A stretch of DNA of 64,000 bases, taken from Fimbriimonadales bacterium (GTDB taxonomy: Bacteria; Armatimonadota; Fimbriimonadia; Fimbriimonadales; JABRVX01). Within the stretch, counting starts at the first letter, position 1; each line of letters begins with the position of its first letter. The notes beneath the pieces were generated by a model. It did not search any database. It was not told the origin of the DNA and saw only the letters and a program-made list of their open reading frames with translations. Below, in pieces: positions 10,588-18,933 of the stretch. The stretch lies in the NCBI GenBank assembly GCA_045862955.1, contig BTVI01000001.1, positions 32,001 through 96,000 on the forward strand, given 5' to 3'. A program made the translations under genes and the position numbers.

Positions 10588-11799
10588 TTACTCCTTCAGC
10601 TCCAGCCAAATGGGTGTGCCATCAGAGGTGTCGCTCTCTAGGGTCATCTCCAGGGCCTTGCGAATCGTATTCGGTGTGATGTCGCGTCCACCCAAGCCGA
10701 CGATGTACGGGTGGATTTGTGGTGCGGACGGCACGTTGCACATCGCAGCCTTCACTTCCTGGGCGAAGATTCCCTCGGCACCTGCGCTGATGTTACGATC
10801 CAGCACTGCCACCTTCTCGAGAGGCGCCAAAGCGGCTCGCAGGATCGCCGTCGGGAACGGTCGGAACACACGTAGCTTAATCAGGCCCACTCGCTTGCCC
10901 TCGTCGCGCATTCGGTCCACCGTCTCACGCGCCGTTGCGGTCATGGAACCAGCACACAACACCGCGACCTCGGCACCTTCGCATCGGTAGCACTCGATCA
11001 GGCCGTAGTCGCGACCGAAGGCTTCTCGAAATCGCTGCCCCTCCTCGACCGTCACTTTCAGTGCCTCACCGAAAGCCAACTGCTGTCGGTAACGCAGCTC
11101 CATGTAGTGCTCGGGCGAGGTAAGTGGGCCGAAGGCCGCAGGCTTGGCTAGGTCCAGCTTGTACTCCGGCCTATAGGGCGGCAGGAACGCGTCGACACTC
11201 TCCTGATCGGGGACATCCACTGGCTCGTAGGTGTGGGATAGTAGGAAGGCGTCCAGAACTAACATGAGTGGTAGTCGGACCTGCTCCGCTACCTTGTAGC
11301 CGAGGATCACGCCGTCCAGGACCTCTTGATTCGTCTCACAGTACCACTGCATGAGGCCCGTGTCGCGCTGGGCTAGCGCGTCGGTCTGATCGCTCCAGAT
11401 GCTCCAACCCGGTGCCATAGCGCGATTGACATCCACTAACACCACCGGCAGTCGGCCCAGGCCCGCCCAGTGCAGCAGCTCGTGCATCAGCGCCAACCCC
11501 TGCGCGCTGGTAGCAGTAAACGCCCGGACACCCGCAGCGGACGCGCCGATGACACTCGCCATCGCCGAGTGCTCCGATTCTACTTTGATGAACTTGGCAT
11601 CCAGCCGGCCGCTCGCGCAGATCTCGGACAGCTCCTCCACGATCTGTGTCTGCGGCGTGATTGGATAGGCCGAGATCATTTGCACACGAGCACGCATCAC
11701 GCCCCACGACACGGCGTGGTTGCCCATCAGCACCTTGGTGGTGGCCATTCCGCCCTTCTTACCCTCCGTTACCGTACGGGTCCCTTCCACCGTAGCCAT
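10588..11799 (-). CDS. porA: Pyruvate/2-ketoisovalerate:ferredoxin oxidoreductase alpha subunit
   Basis: GNHAV, AYPITPQT, VESEHSAM, TATSAQGL, RVFRPFP, GLGGRD. Confidence 0.9.
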   Translation of the reverse strand: MATVEGTRTVTEGKKGGMATTKVLMGNHAVSWGVMRARVQMISAYPITPQTQIVEELSEICASGRLDAKFIKVESEHSAMASVIGASAAGVRAFTATSAQGLALMHELLHWAGLGRLPVVLVDVNRAMAPGWSIWSDQTDALAQRDTGLMQWYCETNQEVLDGVILGYKVAEQVRLPLMLVLDAFLLSHTYEPVDVPDQESVDAFLPPYRPEYKLDLAKPAAFGPLTSPEHYMELRYRQQLAFGEALKVTVEEGQRFREAFGRDYGLIECYRCEGAEVAVLCAGSMTATARETVDRMRDEGKRVGLIKLRVFRPFPTAILRAALAPLEKVAVLDRNISAGAEGIFAQEVKAAMCNVPSAPQIHPYIVGLGGRDITPNTIRKALEMTLESDTSDGTPIWLELKE

Positions 11800-11802
11800 T
11801 CG

Positions 11803-13572
11803 TCACACCTCTGCCCTCTCGGGGATCATTTCCATGGCAGCGCGAGGGCATTCGTGCACGCACACGCCGCAGCCTTTGCAATAGTCGTAGTCTATCAAGT
11901 AACTGCCATCCCCCATCGGGGTGATCACTGCGTCGGGGCAGTAGATGAAGCAGTTATCGCAGGCGATGCAGTTGCCGCAGTGCAGACAGCGCATCGCCTC
12001 CGATATCGCTGTCTCCTCGTCGATGTCAGGGTGCACCTCTATGAAACCGGCGGTGCGCGCTGCAGCTGCCTGCTCGGGTCTCGGCTGTCTAGTCAGCTCG
12101 TCGAAGTAGAAGGTGTTCAGCAGTTCGAAACCTGCCACTTCCGGCACTGGCTCCACGGCTTCTATCCCCTCGCGCAGCACGCGCAAGTAGGTCTCCATCG
12201 AGAGGCCGGGGCAGTCCGGGACGCGGATGCGTTTGAGCACCTCCCTGAAGGGGAGCCCCCGTTGCTCACAGTCCATTGCAATCGCCGCGCGCTTTCCGCT
12301 GGCGATTGCGTCGATCACGGTGCGCGGCGAGTCGGTCATGTCGCCGCCCGCCCACACTCTAGGGTCGGAGGTGCGCATCTCCTCGTCCGTTGCTAGCGAC
12401 CCGTGCTCTTTCGAGAGGTCGGGGGCGAGTTCCAGTTCGGCCTCCTCCCCGATAGCGGATAGCACGAGTCCCGCGGGCAGGCGGAACTCCGACCCTGGGA
12501 TTGGCTCTGGTTTTCTGCGGCCGTCCGGCCCGGGCTCTCCCAACTCCATGCGGATGCAGGTCATGGCTGCGAGGCCGCTCTCGTCGTCCACCTTCGATGG
12601 CGCCACCAGGTACTCGATCTCGACACCCTCCGCGAGCGCCGCCTCTATCTCGTCCTCGAACGCAGGCATCTCCTGCCGTGTGCGGCGATAGAGGATGGCT
12701 ACCCTCGCGCCGAGGCGCAGCGCTGCACGGGCCGCATCGATAGCGGTATTCCCTCCGCCTACCACGTACACCCGCTCTGGCACCTCGGTCCTAACACCTT
12801 GGGCCACGTCGGAGAGAAAGCGCAGACCGGGCATCACCGATGGGTGATCTTCGCCCGGGACACCCATTCTCCGCGAACGCTGAGCGCCAAAGGCAAGAAA
12901 CACCCGGTCGAAGCCCTGTTCGAACAGATCGGCTACCCGCGGGGCGACGCCGGTATGGAAGCGTATTCCCATGCCCCCGATTCGGTCCAGCTCTGCATCC
13001 AAAACGTCCTTCGGCAATCGGTAGCTGGGGATGCCGTAGCGAAGCATGCCGCCCAGTGCCGGCATTCGCTCGAACACTTCGACCTCGTGCCGCAGCCTAC
13101 GCAGGTGGTAGGCTGCTGCGAGTCCTGCCGGTCCCGATCCGACCACTGCAACGCGTAACGTTTTCGCTGGGGGCACGTCGTGCGGGGGAGCGGGCGGCGC
13201 ACTGGTGGTCATATCGCCGATGTGCCGCTCCAGCATGTTGATGCCCACCGAACCTTCCAGATGCGAGCGGTTGCAGTGCGACTCGCACGGGTGAAAGCAC
13301 ACACGGCCGAGAATCGCCGGCGAGGGATGCTCCAGGCGAATCGTCTCGAGGGCCTTGTCATACTCTCCCTTCGCCACGTACCCCATCCAGCGCTCGATGG
13401 CAGTGCCGGACGGGCAGCCTCGGGTGCAGGGTGGCGTGCGATGGGTGTAGGTGGGTCGTACGTATCGCCACGAGCCGGTGCGGTTCCAACCCATGTCACC
13501 CACGGACACGCAGTTGTCCGGCATGTCGCGATACGAGCGGAAGGTAATCTTCGTGAGGGTCTTGGGCTTCAT
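11803..13572 (-). CDS. POR delta subunit fused with a GltD/NfnB-like FAD/NAD(P) oxidoreductase
   Basis: N-terminal NRTGSWR and C-terminal IDYDYCKGCGVCVHECP (delta motifs) flank a GltD-like core (CTRGCP, GRVCFHPCE, VVGSGPAG, GGGNTAID, YRR). Confidence 0.85.
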   Translation of the reverse strand: MKPKTLTKITFRSYRDMPDNCVSVGDMGWNRTGSWRYVRPTYTHRTPPCTRGCPSGTAIERWMGYVAKGEYDKALETIRLEHPSPAILGRVCFHPCESHCNRSHLEGSVGINMLERHIGDMTTSAPPAPPHDVPPAKTLRVAVVGSGPAGLAAAYHLRRLRHEVEVFERMPALGGMLRYGIPSYRLPKDVLDAELDRIGGMGIRFHTGVAPRVADLFEQGFDRVFLAFGAQRSRRMGVPGEDHPSVMPGLRFLSDVAQGVRTEVPERVYVVGGGNTAIDAARAALRLGARVAILYRRTRQEMPAFEDEIEAALAEGVEIEYLVAPSKVDDESGLAAMTCIRMELGEPGPDGRRKPEPIPGSEFRLPAGLVLSAIGEEAELELAPDLSKEHGSLATDEEMRTSDPRVWAGGDMTDSPRTVIDAIASGKRAAIAMDCEQRGLPFREVLKRIRVPDCPGLSMETYLRVLREGIEAVEPVPEVAGFELLNTFYFDELTRQPRPEQAAAARTAGFIEVHPDIDEETAISEAMRCLHCGNCIACDNCFIYCPDAVITPMGDGSYLIDYDYCKGCGVCVHECPRAAMEMIPERAEV

Positions 13573-14129
13573 GCGGGCACCGCCATCAGCACTGCGTCGT
13601 AGGCCGCGCGGGCGGCGGCCGCGTTCTCCTTCGGTTTGATAGGTACGTTGGCCTCGATGGCCTCTGCAACCGAGTCCAGCGAACACAACGGCACCACGCG
13701 CACGAAGGCCCCCAGGATGGCGGTGTTTACGATGGGCGCCGCCTTGCTGCCCAATCGGTGCTCTACGGCGATGCGCGAGGCGTCCACCGTGGCCACACGG
13801 AAGGCAGCGAGATCCGGGAAGCGGTCGGGCGGCTCGGGCGTGTTGATCAGCACCACCCCTCCGGACTTCAGCCCCGTAGTCGGGATGCCGGTGGCGAGCA
13901 GCGTCGCGTCCAGTACGATAATGTGGTCCGGTTCGTAAATCTCGTTGCGCAGGCGAACCTGGCTTTCGTCAATGCGGATGAACGCGGCGACCGGAGCGCC
14001 CCGCCGTTCGACTCCGAAGGAGGGGAACGCTTGCACCCACTTACCTTCGGCGAAGACGGCTTCGGCCAAGACTTTGGAGGCCACGACCGCGCCTTGGCCC
14101 CCCCGGCCGTGGATCCGAATCTCGATCAT
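13569..14129 (-). CDS. porG: 2-oxoacid:ferredoxin oxidoreductase gamma subunit
   Basis: MIEIRIHGRGGQGAV, FGVERRGAPV, VNTAILGA. Confidence 0.92.
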   Translation of the reverse strand: MIEIRIHGRGGQGAVVASKVLAEAVFAEGKWVQAFPSFGVERRGAPVAAFIRIDESQVRLRNEIYEPDHIIVLDATLLATGIPTTGLKSGGVVLINTPEPPDRFPDLAAFRVATVDASRIAVEHRLGSKAAPIVNTAILGAFVRVVPLCSLDSVAEAIEANVPIKPKENAAAARAAYDAVLMAVPA

Positions 14130-14207
14130 GCACAGACCTCCGTTGGTCTGAGAGGTGTCGGGGCTTCGCTCGCCGTTGAACGCGCCCCGCAGGACAGAGC
14201 CATTAAC

Positions 14208-14246
14208 ATTATACGCCGATTCGCTCCCAGGCCGGTGGATTCCTGC
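14208..14246 (-). promoter_or_regulatory. Promoter region of the POR operon: SigH-like motif plus a TATAAT hexamer
   Basis: GCAGGA (14241-14246)-N17-CGAA (14220-14223), followed by TATAAT (14208-14213) on the minus strand. Confidence 0.55.
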
Positions 14247-14321
14247 GTGCGGGCCAGGGCTGTTTGCAGGTGGCGGCGACGCCCGTCTGGTTCCACGCAC
14301 TGGTTCTCGCTGGCCGGGTGG

Positions 14322-14482
14322 AGGCTGGAAGCCCCCGATCCCCGTGACAGCAGCACCACCCGTGCCGGGCTTACGACGCTCGTGAGGTCCCGAGCTAAGT
14401 CAGCACTTCAGTCCCCGACTACAGCGGCCTCAGTCCCGGGCGCCTCAGCGCCACTCTCACGGAATTGCAGCGCGACCAGCCT
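14322..14482 (-). ncRNA. Candidate long-hairpin structured RNA (6S-like architecture, unassigned)
   Basis: Nested inverted repeats: aggctgg/ccagcct outer stem, and ccgtgagagtggcgc/gtgctgctgtcacgg, which pairs 14 of 15 on the minus strand using G-U wobbles. Intergenic between ftsZ and porG. Confidence 0.4.
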
Positions 14483-14545
14483 GGAGCGCTGCACCGCTAG
14501 ACGTTGCACGCGGGCCGGAGCTCGATACGGCACCCCGAGAGGCAG

Positions 14546-15772
14546 CTACTTTCGGTCCCGATAGTGACGGAGGAAGGCGGGGACCTCGAGTTCTTCGTCG
14601 CTCAACCCGGCACTGGGTGAAGGGCGAATCTCGGGCGGGTCCTCGTGCTTGCTCTCCGGCGTGGGCTCGGCGGTTCTGGCGACCTCGGTCTCGCGAGGGA
14701 CAGGGGCCGGCTCCGGGCGACTGCGCGCCTCCATGCGGGAAGGAGGCACTTGCATCTCCACTGCAGCGGTGCTCGGCAGCCGCCTGGCCTCGCGTACGGG
14801 GGGCGTCGGCGTCCACCCGCTGCCCACACCAGCTGCCAACACCGTGATCCGCACCTCGTCACCCATACTCGGGTCCTCGACATGGCCCAAGAAGATGTCA
14901 GCCTCGTCGGGGTCGGCGAGCTTCTGGATGAACTGCATCGCCTGGTTGGCTTCCACGAGCGTGAGGTTCGGTCCGGCGGTGATGTTCACCAGCATTCGCT
15001 TGGCACCCGCGATGGAGGTCTCCAGCAGCGGGCTCGACACGGCGGCTTCTGCCGCATGAACCGCTCGCTGGTCTCCGCTGGCAACGCCGATACCCATCAG
15101 TGCAGGCCCCGCGCTCTCCATCACCGACCTCACATCGGCGAAGTCCACATTGATAATGCCCGTGTCGGTGATGATGTCAGAGATGCCTTGCACGCCCTGA
15201 CGCAGCACGTCATCGGCGATGCGGAAGGCCTCTTGCATGGTCGTACGTCGATCCACCACGTCCAACAGCTTGTCGTTGGGTATTGTGATGATGGTATCTA
15301 CGCGATCCCTCAACTGAGCGATGCCCTCCTCTGCAATGCGCTTGCGCCGCGCGCCCTCGAAGCCGAAGGGCCTCGTCACCACAGCTACGGTAAGTGCTCC
15401 GAGATCGCGTGCCATTTCTGCAACCACGCCGCTCGCACCAGTGCCGGTACCGCCACCCATGCCTGCTGTCAGGAAGACCATATGCGCGCCTTCCAGCGCC
15501 TTGCGGATGTCGGTGCGGCTCTCCTCGGCGGAGTTTCGGCCCACCTCGGGGTCACCTCCCGCACCGAGACCACGCGTCAGGTTGCTCCCCAGCACGATCT
15601 TCTTGCCGGCCTTCGAGCGGTCGAGCACCTGCACATCGGTGTTCATCGCGATGAACTCCACACCTTGAATGCCCGCCTCTATCATGCGGTCCACCGCGTT
15701 AGACCCGCCACCACCTATGCCGACGACTTTGACCGTGATCGCCACTCTGTAATCATCACTCAACGAAGCCAT
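14546..15772 (-). CDS. ftsZ: Cell division protein FtsZ
   Basis: [21 protein letters not shown] tubulin motif, INVDFADV, C-terminal LEVPAFLR. Confidence 0.99.
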   Translation of the reverse strand: MASLSDDYRVAITVKVVGIGGGGSNAVDRMIEAGIQGVEFIAMNTDVQVLDRSKAGKKIVLGSNLTRGLGAGGDPEVGRNSAEESRTDIRKALEGAHMVFLTAGMGGGTGTGASGVVAEMARDLGALTVAVVTRPFGFEGARRKRIAEEGIAQLRDRVDTIITIPNDKLLDVVDRRTTMQEAFRIADDVLRQGVQGISDIITDTGIINVDFADVRSVMESAGPALMGIGVASGDQRAVHAAEAAVSSPLLETSIAGAKRMLVNITAGPNLTLVEANQAMQFIQKLADPDEADIFLGHVEDPSMGDEVRITVLAAGVGSGWTPTPPVREARRLPSTAAVEMQVPPSRMEARSRPEPAPVPRETEVARTAEPTPESKHEDPPEIRPSPSAGLSDEELEVPAFLRHYRDRK

Positions 15773-15805
15773 TCCTCCCCCTTCCCGGGTTCATGTAGTA
15801 TCTGC

Positions 15806-17023
15806 TCAAGTCCCTTTTTCGAACAGCCTGCGACGGATGTTACTCAACCAATCGCCTGGCTGTTGCGAGTCGTGCTCGTTCCGCATGCCTTCCCCAGCAC
15901 ACTGCAGCAAGCCGATCGGCGTCATCCACTCCGGGCCGTTAGACGGAATGCACGGACCGCCATCCTCGACTGCTGCCATTCGCACGGACGCACCGTCCAT
16001 CACCGTAGCGGCTAGTGCCAGCACACCATCCAACTTGCTACCCCCGCCGGCCAAGACCACTCCGCCGGGCAGGAGGCGTTTGTGACCGAAGTGCTCGACA
16101 ACCGAGCGCGCCATGGCGAGCAGCTCCATCATGCGCGGATGGATGATCTCCGCCAAGAGCTTCCGCCGCAACAACCGGGGAGTCGGGGAGCCGAGCTGCC
16201 GCACTTCGACCAGCTCCTCCTCGGATATCTCCGTGTGTTGGGTGGTGCCGAACTGGATCTTCAGCCGCTCGGCATCCTCCATCGAGGTACGAAGCAGCTT
16301 GCTCAGGTCCGAGGTGACATGCCAGCTCCCGATTGGCACGAGCCCGAATCCGTGGAGCACGCCGTCGTGAAAAAGTGCGACGTTAGTTGCGTTGCCACCG
16401 ATATCGAGCAGGATCGTGCCGACCTCGCGCTCGGAATCGCTCAAGGCAGCCTTGCCCGCTGCCAGCGGCTCCAGAATCAGCTCGCTCAACTCCAGGTCCG
16501 CCCTCTCCACCGCCTCTGCCAAGGTCCGAACGGGGGCCGCGCTTGCCACGACTACGTGGGACCGGACTCCGAGACGTGAGCCCACGATGCCCACTGGGCG
16601 GCTGAGCCCGTCTCTACCGTCCACTCGGTAGGACCAGGGTATCACGTCGAGCACTTCCTCATCGTGTGCCAGCGGCACAGAGCGGCTGTTCTCGACCGCG
16701 CGCTGCACGTCGCCCGCCGTGATCGCCCGCGCAGCTCCCCCGACCATGGCCTGCCCTTCGCCGGGGACGAACCGAATGTGGTCGCCCGTCACGCCGGCCG
16801 ACACCGCTTCCACGCGCACGTCGCAGGACTTCTCAGCATTCTCCACCGCGGCTCGGATAGCGCGGACTGTTTCGTCCATGTCCACCACGGCGCCCTTTCG
16901 AACACCGGTGCAGGCTTCGACACCACTGCCTACGGGGATCGTCGTGCCGTCAGAACGCACCTCTGCGATCAGGCAGGCGACCTTCGTAGAGCCTATATCG
17001 AGAATGGCAACATGCCCTATCAT
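15806..17023 (-). CDS. ftsA: Cell division protein FtsA
   Basis: ILDIGSTKVAC, LDIGGNAT, AERLKIQFG, VVLAGGGS; C-terminal amphipathic WLSNIRRRLF. Start trimmed to ATG 17023. Confidence 0.95.
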   Translation of the reverse strand: MIGHVAILDIGSTKVACLIAEVRSDGTTIPVGSGVEACTGVRKGAVVDMDETVRAIRAAVENAEKSCDVRVEAVSAGVTGDHIRFVPGEGQAMVGGAARAITAGDVQRAVENSRSVPLAHDEEVLDVIPWSYRVDGRDGLSRPVGIVGSRLGVRSHVVVASAAPVRTLAEAVERADLELSELILEPLAAGKAALSDSEREVGTILLDIGGNATNVALFHDGVLHGFGLVPIGSWHVTSDLSKLLRTSMEDAERLKIQFGTTQHTEISEEELVEVRQLGSPTPRLLRRKLLAEIIHPRMMELLAMARSVVEHFGHKRLLPGGVVLAGGGSKLDGVLALAATVMDGASVRMAAVEDGGPCIPSNGPEWMTPIGLLQCAGEGMRNEHDSQQPGDWLSNIRRRLFEKGT

Positions 17024-17412
17024 TGGCCAGTCGGATCCGCTGCAGGAGGCGCGGAAACCTCCCCTCCACCGTTGGTTTCGACGCGAGAGAGCAGGTGCCT
17101 GCGAATGAGCGAGAGATTGACGAAGATTCTGCCGCCCAACACAACCACGGCGGCTAGGAACAGGTCCAGGCCGATCTGGTCTCCGAAGTAGGCAAGTCCG
17201 GCCGCGGTGATCATGTTGACTGCAAAGCCGCTGGCGAAGACCACACGGTCGAAGCTCTTCTCTAGCGCCGCTCGCACCCCGCCGATGATGGTGTCCATTC
17301 CCGCCAAGGCCGCCACCGAGAGGTAGTTGCCGAAGACGCCCTTGCTCGGAGTCGGCAGCCACCACGCAACGATGACACCGACGATCAAGGCAAGCAGGGG
17401 CATCCAGATCAT
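17020..17412 (-). CDS. Small basic protein Sbp (DUF1290)
   Basis: YLSVAALAGMDTIIGGVRA, GFAVN, GGRIFVNLSLIRR; dcw context. Confidence 0.85.
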   Translation of the reverse strand: MIWMPLLALIVGVIVAWWLPTPSKGVFGNYLSVAALAGMDTIIGGVRAALEKSFDRVVFASGFAVNMITAAGLAYFGDQIGLDLFLAAVVVLGGRIFVNLSLIRRHLLSRVETNGGGEVSAPPAADPTGQ

Positions 17413-18164
17413 GGCTTCACCGGTTCCGCGGGCCTTGCGTACAGGATCTTGCTGGAGCCGCTGTAGGCCGGGATGCGCAGTTTCTCCTCCACGATGACCT
17501 CGACCATCTCTTCATCCAACGCTCTCATCCCCGACAACACCCCTCCCGGCATGTTGACGGCGGACTTGAGCGTCTCCGGGTCGCCGATGGCCTGGATGGT
17601 GAATGGGGAGGAGACCGGGACCCCGTCAACGTGGATGACCGGGCCGACACAGCGGATGGCGCTGCGCGAGGTAAGTCGGTGGCCGTCCACCGCAAGCACT
17701 TCGGCGCCTGCAGCCCGCAGCTCGTTGACCACGCGCACGATGTCAATGTCGTGGATGAGATAACGCTCGGCGATCTCTGGCGAGACGATGGCAGGCACGT
17801 TGGGGCTGTCCCGAAGCAGGATCGTGACTCCTGGGCCTTCGACGTCTACGAAGCCCGCGAACACGCGCACGGACTGCATCTCATCGGACATCACCTTGGC
17901 CAGCTTGGACCGCTCGGCAGCCGCTTGCTCTAGTTCGGCCAGCTTGCCACGCAGAGCGATGATCTCTTCACGGTACTCGTCGTCCTGCTGGCGCGCGGTC
18001 TTCAGAATGGAAGTGGCTAAGGGCGTGGCACGGCCGCCGCCCGTCTCGCGATTGATTACCTCGTTTTTATATGCCCAAGTGCCCATTAGACCCAGCAGGG
18101 CGCAAGCGATGGTAAGCGGCATAAGCCAACTACTCTGCCGGGTCTTCCTTGTGGAGGGGTCCAT
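17409..18164 (-). CDS. DUF881 (YlxW-like) membrane protein
   Basis: TM segment and coiled coil, then VEGPGVTILL, IHDIDI..VVNELRAAGAE, AIRCVGP, PFTIQAIGDP. Confidence 0.88.
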   Translation of the reverse strand: MDPSTRKTRQSSWLMPLTIACALLGLMGTWAYKNEVINRETGGGRATPLATSILKTARQQDDEYREEIIALRGKLAELEQAAAERSKLAKVMSDEMQSVRVFAGFVDVEGPGVTILLRDSPNVPAIVSPEIAERYLIHDIDIVRVVNELRAAGAEVLAVDGHRLTSRSAIRCVGPVIHVDGVPVSSPFTIQAIGDPETLKSAVNMPGGVLSGMRALDEEMVEVIVEEKLRIPAYSGSSKILYARPAEPVKP

Positions 18165-18933
18165 CTGACGCCGCCTCTTTCGCAGCCTCTTGCGAATCGT
18201 TCTCCTGTTGACGCTTCATCTTCAGGGCCGGAGCACCGGGGTGCTTCAAGTCCAAGTACTCAGCCCTCGCGAGGAGGGTAGGGTCGCGGCCAAGGATCGA
18301 TCGGAGCGTCGCCAGTTTCTCGGAAACGTTCTCGCCGGACCCGAAATGCACCGGGGCCGACGCGGGCATATTTAAGCATATCTCGCCCGAACGGTCAACC
18401 GTGATGGTGGCCTGGCGGGCAAGGTCGTTCGCTCGAAGAAAGTGTAAGATTTCGAGCGGAACCTGCAACGTGTCCACACGGCGACCCAGGGGAGGCGGGG
18501 TCGGGCGCATGGAGACGATGCGGTAGGGCCGGAGCACGGCAGAACGCCGGAACGGAACGCCGTCTGCGTCGATCTCAACGGACCAGTCGGGCCCCTGCCA
18601 GCGTGCATAGGGCTGCCGATACGTCAAATGCAGTGTCATGCGCCCGTCCAGTCCGCGGGCGATGCGAACGTTCTTCAGACGAGGCTCTTTCAGCAGTTCT
18701 CTCTCGAGGCTCTTTCGATCCAAGGACAGGGCAGGCGTCCCGGCCCACGGGCGAAGTACCGACGCCAGCCAAGCACGATCACCAACGTCTGCGCCGACCA
18801 CGACTACGGTCCTCAGTCCCGTCCACGGAGAGGTGAAGGGGGCGGCGACAACCTCGGCAACGATCACGAGGATCCAGATCCATCTCCACGGGAAGTGACG
18901 GGGTTTGCGCTTATAGGACCGGGCGACGCGCAT
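18130..18933 (-). CDS. ftsQ: FtsQ/DivIB-like POTRA-domain division protein
   Basis: Basic N-terminus, TM segment, POTRA-like region, VHFGSGE..EK and YLDL motifs; position between ddl and ftsA. Confidence 0.7.
   Translation of the reverse strand: MRVARSYKRKPRHFPWRWIWILVIVAEVVAAPFTSPWTGLRTVVVVGADVGDRAWLASVLRPWAGTPALSLDRKSLERELLKEPRLKNVRIARGLDGRMTLHLTYRQPYARWQGPDWSVEIDADGVPFRRSAVLRPYRIVSMRPTPPPLGRRVDTLQVPLEILHFLRANDLARQATITVDRSGEICLNMPASAPVHFGSGENVSEKLATLRSILGRDPTLLARAEYLDLKHPGAPALKMKRQQENDSQEAAKEAASDGPLHKEDPAE

Noticed and set aside
14645..16015. Long antisense ORFs (e.g. 14645-16015+, 44187-45470-, 11470-12396+, 28883-29800+, 62569-63597+)
   Set aside because: Shadow frames of conserved genes, expected in high-GC DNA; no recognisable motifs.
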